Position numbers and translations under genes: made by a program. A stretch of DNA of 63,798 nt, counting the filler, from Bipalium vagum (taxonomy: Eukaryota): NCBI GenBank assembly GCA_037834085.1. It is 3 parts of 3 records of this genome, joined end to end, with 100 filler letters (N's around TTAATTAATTAA, not from the genome) between each part and the next. Parts side by side here need not be neighbours in the genome. Positions count along the whole stretch, not along the records: positions 48,001 to 63,798 come from JBBMKC010145257.1; 2 more parts are not named here. One strand, written 5' to 3'. Position 1 is the first letter of the stretch. Each line of letters opens with the position of its first letter. Of this stretch, positions 51,640-63,798 are shown in pieces. Below the pieces are notes generated by a model, which was given only the letters and a program-made list of their open reading frames with translations, was not told where the DNA came from and ran no database searches.

Positions 51640-53250
51640 GCAGACTACTGCGCAATGGTATACAGTGATATGTTTGCCAGAAACAATTTCAGTTCTTCGA
51701 AGAACAAACATGAAACAGAGAATCATTCTTTATCACGACAATGGTAGTTCACAAACAGATCTAGCAACAACAAATTTTTTATCATCTCAAAATAAAGAAT
51801 TATTGCGTTATCCACCATATAGTCCAGACCCAACTTAAAACCACTTTTTCACATTTCCATAAGTCAACACGATTTCTTGGATATTTTCAACAATTTCTGT
51901 TTTTGGTCTAGCAGATCGTGGTGCATTTTTAATGCTCACACCACCCGAATTGAATTTGGCAACCCACTTTTAAACAGTTTTTAATGTAGATGAATATTCA
52001 TTTAATTGTTGAACATTCATTTAATTGTTAATCAAGGTCGCTCTTGATTGCCATTGGACTTAATCATTTAATATTCAAATATTTAATTACTGGTCGTATT
52101 TCTTCTATCTGCATTTTTCTTAATCTGCTTAAATTTGACACTCAAAAATCACATTACTTAAATAGCACGGCCTATTTTAATGTATTTTGTTAATGGATTT
52201 TGTTTACTGAATATTATTTTTATAATATATATTTACAAAGGTTTAAATATGGCACCGCGGTATTTATTATTCATCGAACTTTTCAATCCACCCTCGTATG
52301 CATCACAAACTTATAAGTAATATATGAAGTGTATGGTGAGATTGCATTAAAAGAAAGCCAATGTCAGAATTTATTTGAGAAATTCCGAAGAGATAAATTT
52401 TAACTCAAAGAAAACCAAAGATTCGGCCGTCAACTAGATCTCAATAACACCGAAATCAAATACTTAATCAATGTGGATCATCACAAAACAACACGTGACA
52501 TTGCAAGCAAAATCAGTGCATGACACACAGCCATCGAAATTAATATCAAGCATATGGGTTACGCGAAAAAACTCGATTTATGGATTTCTTACCAGCTTAA
52601 CAAAACTCACATCATACAACCAAAATTGTGATTTGCTTAATAAATATAATAGAAATAGTCCATTTTTTTTAAACAATTGGTAATTGATGATAAAAAATGG
52701 ATTTGTTAGAATAATGTTCATCGAAAAATATCATGGTGCAAGTCAGAGGAAGCTTATATAGTCCAAGATTGTCAAGGAATCATATACTTCGAACTTTTCT
52801 TAAATAGTCAAAGGATTAATTCTAATATTTGCATTGATCATTTGAAAAAATTAAACGTGCACACGAAAAATACCTAAAATTGGAAAACCGTGAAGGCATT
52901 GTCTTTACATCACAATAAAAAACCTCAAAATTCTTTGGACACTCGACGAATTGTCACATGCACAATATATCCAAGACCTCGTTCCTTCTGATTACCATAT
53001 GTTTCCCTATATGCAAAACTTCTTAAATGATAAAACTTTTGCTAATTATGATGGCGTAAAATCCGAGTTGTAGCAGCTTTTTACAGAGAAACCCGAGATT
53101 CTATGAATGAAGAATGTTAACCTTCATGGAAGATGGTATCAATTTCTTAATAACAATGAAAACTCATAATTTAACAAGAATATGTTGTTTCATATAGTTT
53201 CTTGTCTTGTTTCTTCAAAAAGATCGGCAAGCATTTTCTTGCCAACCCAA
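51640..53250. mobile_element. Cluster of abutting mariner remnants (plus fragment, minus 5' end, plus near-full decayed copy)
   Basis: Plus 51640-51865 IILYHDNGSS..RYPPYSPD; minus ~51870-52297 KNAPRSARPKT with terminus ...CCACCCTCG|TA; plus ~52300-53250 VYGEIAL..QCQNLF and LVPSDYHMF with terminus CTTGCCAACCCAA|TA. Confidence 0.8.
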
Positions 53251-54329
53251 TATTATCTAGGTCCGACTTTTGAAGATTTTTCGACTTACCAATTATTTTT
53301 TGATGTTTTTCACGTATATAATTGGATTTTTGTCCTTTTTGAAATTTTCAACTAACAGACACCGTGCATTTTATTTCTTTTTCTACCAGCTTTTGATAAT
53401 AAGATTTCTTTGTATTTTGTCACACACAATTTATGCTTCATTTGCTTCAAATATAATTATGTTTTGAACGAACTCAAAATCAAATCCGTTTGTTTTCTTT
53501 AATAAATATTTTATAATTTCCTTTCTTGAAAAAGAATTTTTACTATGGAATGTGAATGTGATAAATTTTTTAAATATAAATCTTCTAAAAATTTGAGAAT
53601 TGATTTATTAACATAAAAAAATTACGGTCTCCTTAGTTATAGCAAAATTAATATTTTTGGTTTTATTTTCTTTGTAAATTTTTCAAGGTCGACTTAAAAA
53701 CTTATATTTTTTGCTTTAATGATTCGTAAAATAAAATTTGCTTTTGTTATTATTACACTACCGTGTTTACCCTATTACAAGGCCAGTGTCTTGTATTGGA
53801 AAACTTATTTAATTTGATATTACTTATAATCGAGTAGTGGCTTGTAATAGTTTTTATTGGTTAATTAAGAAAATTAAAAAAATTAAATAAAAAATATAAA
53901 TTTAAGAATAAATATAGAAAAAAGACAAAGATAAATGTAAAAATTATTAATTAATCAATGCCAATTTCCTCAACTATTATATTATTATATTATTATATTA
54001 TTATATTATTACTATTATTATTATATTAATAAAAAATATTAAAACCACTGTTATGCTGATAAGAATTATAAGGTCTGAGTAAGAAAAATCTCAGTCATTA
54101 CTTGGAAATATTGCTGATAAATTAATACCCCAATATATTCCAGAAAAATATATGTTAATATTTACAAAAATTATTTATGTGAATGAAACGGGGATGTCAT
54201 ATTTTTATTTCCCTTTAGATTATAGTGAAGTAGCATATACTGTGGATGGACAAGTGATTTGTTATCTGGTGTTTCTAACTATATATTTATCAGAATAAAA
54301 AAAACATTTTTTGGAAAATATAGCAGACC

Positions 54330-54690
54330 AAGATGTTCAGTATTGTATCAATACTTAATATTGATGGCCAAGCAGTTGTCACTTTTCTTAATTAATTGGC
54401 ATTGGGCTCTAATGCGAGAAATGTGAGAAGGAAATGTTTCTTTTTCCATCAAAAAAATTTTCTGATCAAATGCAACTGAAAAAAATTGTTCATTCGTGAA
54501 ACCCTTCGTGCCTTTAATTGAAAAGACCTCTTTACAAACCACGAAAATTCTTTTGTTCTCATTTTTACTAATGCCTTTAAAGTACAATTGAGATTGTGAC
54601 AAATTGCTGATGTATCCATTTTCTGCAGATCTAGTCAGAATCTATTCATTAGATGGAGATTCATATTGATATATAATGATAAAAGAATTA
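54330..54690 (+). mobile_element. Merlin transposase N-terminal remnant
   Basis: CEKCEKEMFLFPSKKFSDQM..C zinc-ribbon-like segment, followed by KILLFSF and a GDS segment where the EIDE motif would start. Confidence 0.45.
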
Positions 54691-55379
54691 CTTTTATTTT
54701 ATTTTATGTTCCTAAAATTAATATTTAACATGCAACTTTTAGAGATTTAAGTCAATTTATTTTCACCCTGTTCAATTTGAATATTATTTCATAAAATTCA
54801 GCTTTCAGAACATCCATCCTTCTACTATTAAAACAAAATCATGGAACAATTCTTTTATATAATAATAATAATATAACAATGTAACCAATTTTGTAATACT
54901 GTCTCCCTTCTGCAGATTTGCGTGCAATAAGTTTGTCAAAACAATTTTGTCAATAATCGCAAAATTGTCGTTTTTATTTTCAAGTTACATGGGTACTAAA
55001 TAATAATTTACAATTTATTACTGTTAAGATAATAGATTACAGATGATTGATGGGCTTAACAAAAAATATTATCTGACATAATCAATGTTTACTGTATAGG
55101 TCGTAATGAAAAATTCTATTGTAGTAAATGGTTAATTATTTCCCATGAAAAAATTATCCTTTAAAAAGTTAATTTAGAACATCACAGAAATATTGATATG
55201 TATAAAAAATTAATTTCTCAAATTAAACAAATTAAATTTTACAATTAGCTTTAATTTTTGTTTTTTTAATTAATTTCTTTTCGAAATTTAAATATTTTGT
55301 TTTAATAGATACAAACTATTTGTCTTATAATTACGTAATTTTTTATATCTTTATTTATTAAAATTTCAATTATGGTCTA

Positions 55380-55720
55380 CTTCTTCAATGTTCTAACCGA
55401 ATACAGAATATCTGAAAAAAACCTTACTTCCTCTTGCCTCATTCCACAATCGTTAAATGAATGTGTGGATTAAGAAAAATAAAATGAGAACTTCAAATTA
55501 AAATTCCATTTTGTCTTGTAATCTTTTCAATTATTTTCTATATTTCTTCAGAAAATTTTTAACATATGCCTGCACCAAATGTTTGGTAAAGGCAATTTTC
55601 CCTGGAAAACTCTTTTCGATGAATGTGATCAGCAGTCTGTCTGGTGTATTCAACTAATTATTTATTTGATATCCTAAGAGATCAAATTTTATACAGCAGT
55701 ACTTTCTCATCAACAATTTA
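55380..55720 (-). mobile_element. pogo/Tigger DDE remnant
   Basis: Reverse strand QTFGAGI..NFLKKYRK resembles QP.D.GII..FK..YR. Confidence 0.4.
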
Positions 55721-55939
55721 TATGGAAAAAACTGTTATAAAAAAATTATAAGAAATGATTTTAAAATTGGGGTTTTTATATTTTCTAACTAATACTTTAT
55801 TACCGTAAAACTATCGATATCATACATCGCCGTACATAACATCATTATTACAACTGTTTTAATTAATTTATATTTTATGTTGATATTTATACAGCTTTGA
55901 AAGTTAAATATTATCTGAAATTAAAAATTCTCTTTATCT

Positions 55940-56086
55940 NNNNNNNNNNNNNNNNNNNNNNNNNNNNNNNNNNNNNNNNNNNNNNNNNNNNNNNNNNNNN
56001 NNNNNNNNNNNNNNNNNNNNNNNNNNNNNNNNNNNNNNNNNNNNNNNNNNNNNNNNNNNNNNNNNNNNNNNNNNNNNNNNNNNNNN
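55940..56086. other. Assembly gap (N run)
   Basis: Direct reading. Confidence 0.99.
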
Positions 56087-56673
56087 TATACATAAGTATT
56101 CTAAATTTTATTTCCGTATCAGATAAATAATTTTGATATAACATCTTTTATTGTTTTAATTATTAATTTCAATATTAAACGAAAGCATTTTCTACTCAAA
56201 TTATATTAGTTTCACTAACCAATATAATATTCACATTAATTTCAGTTTCTGAAATATTTTTCTCAATCTAATGATCAAACATACGAGAATTGGTTTTCCA
56301 TGCTTATATGTCATTTTTCTGAACATTTCAATTTTTCCTTTTATTGATTTTATTATTTTATATTATTGTCATAGTTGTATATTGAAAATTATTTTCTAAA
56401 GCAGTAATTCTCAATTTCTGTAACTGAAAAAATTTACCAATTAACTACACCAATTAATTTCAGTTTAAACTCCTGGAATTTTTTCTGTAAAAAATAATAT
56501 TATAACTTTTACAACCAAATAATATATTTTTTATTTCAATTATATAAAAAATAAATAATACAATTTTCTTAACTAAATTAATCATTTTTATAATTTTATT
56601 TATATTTAAAAAATATAGATTTTATTTTGAATAATATTAAAAATTTAATAAGTAATTATTATTATCGGTAATA

Positions 56674-56802
56674 NNNNNNNNNNNNNNNNNNNNNNNNNNN
56701 NNNNNNNNNNNNNNNNNNNNNNNNNNNNNNNNNNNNNNNNNNNNNNNNNNNNNNNNNNNNNNNNNNNNNNNNNNNNNNNNNNNNNNNNNNNNNNNNNNNN
56801 NN
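56674..56802. other. Assembly gap (N run)
   Basis: Direct reading. Confidence 0.99.
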
Positions 56803-57849
56803 TTGAGAAGCTAATCTAAATTCTTTATGATTTCAATGAAAACTACATTGTCACGTAAAGACAATACAATAGATTATTTTGTTTTTTTCATTAACCCCAA
56901 ACACAGTCTTCTAAAATTTTCTTGAAAATCTTTGTTCGGAAAATATTATCTTTTTCATTTTTGCTTTGTATTCTCCACAATACAATTTTCAAATTCCATT
57001 GTTATTTCATTATTTATACTATTAGTTTTTGAATGTGAATTGAGTCAATGAATGGAATTGAGAATTGAGCTCTGAGAACAATAAATTTTTTTGGAAATGT
57101 GTTTTTGTACAATTTTTGGTTTTATGTTAATGTTCAATCAATTTTTTAATTTGATATGGTTGCTTTTTCATAAATGCGTGATAATGAGGTTGTTTTAATT
57201 TTCTGTGGAAAAAGAATTTTATAGTACTCACGAAATGTTCCCTTTTTCATTGACTTAAACAAGAAATTTTTTTTTCCCAGGCAAATTTCTTATAATGAAA
57301 GGCACAAATGGATGTGAAATAAATCCACTTGTTTCTTTAAAAGGAATTCTTGGTTGATATGACTCTAAAAAATTACTAAGTAAACGATAAGATTCTCTAC
57401 TTCTTCACTGGTCCTCTTAATTATCTTAACTAAGTTGAATTTAATCTAAGTAGGAAGTTTAGGATCCATTTGTGAATGTACACAAGTAAGCTAAACTAAA
57501 ATTTGGGTCATTCCTGAAGATTTTGTATTTTATTTTCAGAGTAAATCGATCTGATTGCTAATTTTTGAATTTACTTTTTGTCAAAAAAAGTTTAACAAAA
57601 TGTAACCAAAGAAAGTATATTTTCCGTCAATAAATTAAATCTCTTTCCTCTGTTTTAGTTAAGCTGATTTTGATACAAATATTGAAAAACACTTGCATAT
57701 TGTCATGTTTCCTTTTCATGATAAGTTGAACTTTACAACCTCTCGTGGGGAAAAATGTTCTTCTCACTTCATTGATACAAAAAAAGACATTCAACAGCAA
57801 TACTAATATTTTCTAAATCTCAGTCAAAATAACTTATTATTTAATGTCC

Positions 57850-58420
57850 AGTTGTCATTAGAAGACGATCCATATTATTAAAATGTGTCATAGAAAATGA
57901 GTGTTTAGAATAAGAATTTTCTTTTTAAATTTTTATTGAACAAAACAAAGTTCAGTACCTAAATAATATCCATGATTTTCACAAATAAGGGCCCAACGTT
58001 TGAATTTTGTTCTACTCTATCTTTGCACCAATCCTAAAATTTTGAGTCAAAAACAGTTGAGGTTATTCTGAAGATCTTTTTTCTCAAATCACCGCTTTTA
58101 GAACGAAACAGTTGAAAGTCATAAGCTGTAATGAAATAATGTGGTAATATTTCAATTCCATCAATACTTTTAAGAGTTCCCATTGATTTCCGTGAGGTAT
58201 GAGGTTTAGCATTGTTCGCTTATAGCAAAATTGTCTTTCCGCTAATTAATCAGAGGATATTTTTCCAATATTTTGCAAATGGCACAAATACCTATGATCC
58301 TTTAAATTTTTTCAATCAATCATTTTATATTTATGTTTTCTGCTCACGTGGCAAAATCGGTAACTAATTAAAATATTTTTCCATTAAGTCTCACTTATTT
58401 TAGTGGAATTCACAATGGCA
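57850..58420 (-). mobile_element. Degenerate mariner 3' half
   Basis: Reverse strand reads NNAKPHTSRKSMGTLKSIDGIEILPH..YDFQLFRS. Confidence 0.7.
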
Positions 58421-60478
58421 CAATTTATTCTCACTTAAACAAATATTTCGATAATCAATTTTCATATAATCAATTTTTATATAATCAATTATTTTAAACC
58501 TTTCGTTTTGGCAAGCTCATTGAGAAAATATCTCTTACAAGAAAATAAATGGACCTTTACAACGTAATCGGTTTTGGAATTAAATTCTTTTAATTATTTA
58601 TGTCTCTCAGACTTCAACTATCCGATACTGAGCTTAAATATTACCATTCAAATTAGTTATAAAGTTATTTTGTACCAAAAAATAAATACAATTATTGAAC
58701 CTAATCCATTACCATCAATTGAAAAAAAAGTTTTAAAAATATCATTTTTTGATAATTATAAAAAATGAAAATTGATTGGACTAAATTCTAATTTTAAAAA
58801 AATATGAAAAATTAAGGTGAAAAACGTAACAAAAAATGTTTGATTTATTTTTACCAAATAAAAATATTTTCGTTGTTTATATATTTCCTTCAAATCATTT
58901 AAATTTTAAAAAGAAACATTATTTTAAAAAGTTTAAATATGAACATTTTCAGAATTTTATTTATTTTGTAAATATTTATATGCCGACAACATTTTAGATC
59001 TCGGTTAAATAAAAACAAAAAATGCTGAAAATTGATTTTTTAGACATCTTACAATAGCGAAGTGGGATAACTACCGATAAAATGATGCTGATGGAAATAG
59101 TTAAATAAATTTCTTTGCAACCACAAATTACCTAAATTGTTGACAAAAAAAATATTGAATTATTCAAAATAAGTCCCATTCTTTCTCTCAAAATAATTCG
59201 ATTTTATTTTTTGAAAAGATTCTGTTAAAACAATTTTTCGGAATAATTTCATAGATTTATTTTGCCATCATAATAATCTCGGAATTTATTTTTAAACTAA
59301 TTTGCAGTCTGAGGTTAAAAGTATAATGGGCCAATGCAAGTCAATATATTAGACAATGTCTTCGCTCAGAAATGGTAGATTAATCTCAATCAAAAACAAT
59401 AGACACAGATTAGATGAGAGAAAGTCAACCAATTCATAAATATTAATTCATATTAGTTCAAAAAAGATTTTATTTCTCTTTGGGTAAAATTTTGCTAAAT
59501 TTTATTCTGTCATTATTAATAATTGGTTATAAATTATAACTTATAATGTATTGAGTGATTTTTAGAGCAGACCGTTTTATTTTTGAATAAATAAAATATA
59601 ATGTTGAACGAATTTTTGAACAGTAGATGTTTTGTTTTATTCTTTTCATTTTCAAAACTTTTCAAACAACTCTCGTAAGCTATTTGAAACTGGTTAATAT
59701 CTGATGACAAGGATTATGGTGCCGTTTGGTGGATTTTTCAGATTAAAGAGATGTTTTGAGTGAAAAACCAGTGCAAAATTATTGAGTAAACTTATTGTAA
59801 AAGTTGCTTTGCTAACAATTTTCAGAAGTTCTTCTAAGATAACAGATAATCATGTGTTAGGAAAATTATTTGTCCTGGCATTCAAGATTTTACAGTTTCA
59901 CTACATTTTGTGAATCAAGTGTATTGCGTACCTGGGTATCTCGTAGACTAATATCAGAGAAAAAAAATTATGAAAACCATAAAAGAAATCCAAGAATATT
60001 GTATAACGAAATTCGAGGGACTATGAAAATATTTTTGGAAATGAAAGAGATATAAATTTTAACCTTGTTCTCTTCTCAAAATTCGTTTAGTATCTGTTAA
60101 AATTGAACCAGAATTCTACATACCTTTATACAAATGACTTTGCAACCTTGATAATATGGAAAATAGCTTTCGTAAAGAAATTGTCTTCCATTAAAACTTA
60201 TTCTTTATCTATTATTCTAATACATAACATCTGTAAAAGATATGATCCATCCACGTTCACTGTCCTTTGTATGGATCATTTAGATTTATACATGATCATT
60301 TTCGCTGATCAGGTCATTTTGAACAAGAGTTGTTTCAATTTTAAGTTGTATTGTTTAATTATTTCTTCTTTTTTTTAATGTATTTGAAGAATTAAAAAAT
60401 AGAATTGGTAAATTTACTTTACTACAAAATGGTGGTTTTGACATTAATGCAAAGGACTACCAATAAAACTTCTTACAC

Positions 60479-60512
<34 letters not shown>

Positions 60513-62329
60513 GAGGTTCAGCTTAACTACCCCATCCTTGGAAACGACTGAATTCCTCATCTTTACATTTATTAAAGTAATCTTTTATATTTGGATGTTA
60601 ATTTATATTTGGCCCATTAAAGGAAAGAGAATATTACCATTTTCTTTCTAGCATGAGAAAAGTTTGTCTTGGAAAGAATTATTTGTCTGTATAAAATTAA
60701 GCAGGCTTCACGAGTATCTAAATATTAAATCACTCGTTTTCCTCAAACTCATCATCAAAATTGGCGATGCCGGTTATTTTTCTTATAGAAACGTTATGCA
60801 ATTCGTAATTAATTTACGTATTAAATTAATTTCTGCCTATTTGATGAAGTGGTCAAATTGATGGAGCCCGGTTTTACAAAAAGTAGAGAGTGATCATCAA
60901 CGGCAGAATATTTAGGATGATTCTGTCATCTTTTTTAATAATAAAGTCATCAATATAACTTTCATTAAATATGTATCATGCGGAGTGTCTCCAAAAAACT
61001 AAAATGTCAAAAATATTTAATTTGCTATTTTTGTAAAAATTAACAGTTTCCCATAAAATTCTAGAATTTTTTCTAGTAGAATTACATACTTCAGACATTT
61101 TATTTTCACAGCCTATCTTTATACCAATACTTGTCATGATACCCAGAGCCTTTTCTTTGAAAAATTATGGCATTTTAGCAATGCTTAAAATAACCCAATA
61201 AGTGAAGTTAAATTCTTATTGCCCAAAATTATGCTTATAAATTTCCAAATCTGTACACTGTTATATATATAAGAATTTGAAATGAATAACATAAATATTA
61301 ATAAAAATTTAATTTTAATTCACAAATTAAAATAAAAAAAGATGCATTAATGAAATAATGCCAATTATTTTTTGACTGATGTCATTAATTATAAGTGGAT
61401 ATTTAAATAATTTTCAATGATAAAAAATTATTACCAAATATTAGAATATTATTATTATTATTATTTTATAAATAATATTTTCATATAAATTATCATATTA
61501 TTTTTTGGTTCAGTTTTATTTATTTATTATTATATTTGATTTATTATTATTTATTATTTTATTTTATTATTATTTATTAATTTCCATTTTATTATAAGAT
61601 TTTATTTATGATTATCATTAATTAATAATATTAATCAATAATAATATGATTGATTATATTAACTTGAGTAGAATTGATTGGTGTTAAGTCGGAAAAGGTT
61701 TAATGTTTGCTTATCTTCATTACAAGTTAAGAGAAGATATGGATAAAAATTTTCAAAAACTTTCCTAAAATATTGAAAACCACCCTTTACAAAGTATTTC
61801 AAAAATGAACGAGTTATCCCTTGAGTTAAAACTTGGCCTTTAAGATTAAGAATGATCCTATACTGCTCTTTATCGCTCAACGATATTCAATAAATCGCCA
61901 TAACATTTCCATTAGAATATAGATGACATTTTTGACTGTAGAATGTTTTTCGAACTTTACCTAAAGACATTTTTCCCCATTATTTACAAATACCATTCCT
62001 TGTGTACTCATAATTTTAAAAAATCCATACAAAATTACCCCCAAGAAATTCAGAAAATTATCAAATTAAAACCTGATTTTGAAAATACCGGCCATCGTTC
62101 CAAGCAAATCTTGTTAATTAATTAAAACAATTTTCAAATATTAATTATAAACAATGAACAATTCGTTTTTTTAATGAAACTCACACCAGACATTCCACGA
62201 TTAAGCAAATATAAATTTATTATTTATTATTTATACACACCAAGTAATTATTACGTTACTAAAAAATACACAGCACGAACTGTAGACATAATTCAATAAT
62301 TTAATTATAATATTATTAATAATAACCAC

Positions 62330-63400
62330 AATAATAAATAATTAAAAGAACTAACTCCACAGATTATAAAACAGATCTCAAATGTTTAGTTGACTTCACT
62401 TTTTGAAAACGAGCCATGTTCAAATTTTGTCCGCGATGCAAAAATTTTATGAATATATCTCGCGTCTATTTCTGATTCACTGCTGCCAAAATATAAATTA
62501 AGTATATTATTGCTTTTAGCTCCTTGATCGTTTGTATGTTTGTATGCCTAAATTTGAAATATAATATTTTCCTAGTAGCCCAAGCCATTGATCTAATGTA
62601 GTCTTCAATCAATATCTGTCGTTCCCCAGCTTTGTCTGTGCGCATGCCTATTTTCTGAAGGAAAGTTTTTTTTCGCCATCCAATCCTTATCTCATGTGTA
62701 CTTTAATCTCATTATCTTGAATTCATCAGCTAAGCTTTTAATTTATTAAATATTATTGAATAGTCTTCACGAAAATAGTTTAAAATTTAATGAGGGCTAC
62801 GTCTACAAATTTCCTATCGATTTCTAAAAATTGTTTGGCATTATTAGTCTATTTTTAGAAATCCGATCTGATTTGTTTGTCAAACTCGGAGGGGGTGATA
62901 CAAATTAGAATAAATTCTGTTACAGAGTGAATGTAATATGCATCGGTTGTGTGGAGAAATTTTTGGGACCTAAACCAAATATATATATATATTCTTCAGA
63001 GAAAAATTTATCAATAATTTCCAAAAAAAATAAATATTAATAAAACTAAAATTAATATAAACACGTCCAATGCGTTCCAGGCTGTTCAGTTTGGTGATAA
63101 TTAATGTTTCGTTTTTGAAGATTGCTATCTTTACAAAAATTGATTGATTTCATCAGAAAATAAATTCCAAAATTAACCACCACCATATTGTTGGTGGAAT
63201 ACATGTGTAAATTGTCACTCATCTGAATTTGCTTAGTGTTTTCCAATATTTACAGCTATCTTCAGTTTCCAACACCAGTCTCTTTCAGTTTGAGAACTTT
63301 CGATTATTTTCCTTTTAGATTGTTATCGTTTTCTTCCTCTGGTATTAGAAGAAATTTGTAATAGGAATTCTAAATCTCTGCAACTGTCAATCATTACTAC
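62330..63400 (-). mobile_element. Highly decayed Tc1-like fragments plus a short Polinton-type protease motif
   Basis: YWK..NSDE..F and CIPPT.YGGG-like segments (Tc1); NINYHQTEQPGTHWTCLY at 63052-63115. Confidence 0.4.
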
Positions 63401-63798
63401 ATCGAGCTGGATATTAAGGCATATTTTTTGTATATAATTGATTTCCTATTTACACAATCTATATAAATCAAACAGATAAACGTTTTATGAGTAAAATAAT
63501 AATTTTTCGAGAAAATATATCATATTATAATTAATTAGGAAAATGGAATTTTTAACTTTTTCGTTAATAAACGTTTTTAGAGATTTGCTTGGAAACTATC
63601 GGGAGCAAAAATATATCGATATATTGATGATAAATTAGAGATTGCGAAAGAATACCAATAAAAATTTAATGTACATAGCTTGATATTGATGTATAAATAT
63701 TGATAAAGAAATTCATATTAATAAAAATTTCTGAAAACTTTACTATTATTATAATTATTTATATATTATATTATTATTATTATAATTATTAATAATTA

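Noticed and set aside
54348-54602. 84-aa minus-strand ORF as a host gene
   Set aside because: Better explained as antisense to a plus-strand Merlin remnant; no splice-consistent partner exons.
59680-59730. GAAAC..CTGATGA resembling a hammerhead ribozyme core
   Set aside because: Stems I-III cannot be formed with adequate pairing.

Overview
AT-rich eukaryotic genomic DNA, most likely from an invertebrate animal (inference from enkurin, ELL and a CREC protein). It has GT-AG spliceosomal introns with a minimal class of about 40-60 nt, (AAT)n tracts and four assembly gaps. Four recognisable genes can be rebuilt exon by exon with consistent splice phases: intronless enkurin (minus), RBM39/CAPER (plus), RNA polymerase II elongation factor ELL (plus) and a calumenin/reticulocalbin-type CREC protein (plus). 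There is also one small orphan single-pass membrane gene and about three decayed intron-containing orphan genes. The rest is a transposon graveyard: many mariner/Tc1 copies, a hAT with TIRs and an 8-bp TSD, Merlin, pogo/Tigger and Chapaev3-like fragments, Ty3/Gypsy remnants, solo-LTR-like segments and Polinton/Maverick remnants. Two observations stand out. The ELL gene carries an extra in-frame exon encoding a pipsqueak/CENP-B-type helix-turn-helix. The RBM39 gene has lost its second RRM cleanly. All homology calls come from motif recognition by eye; no database search was run.
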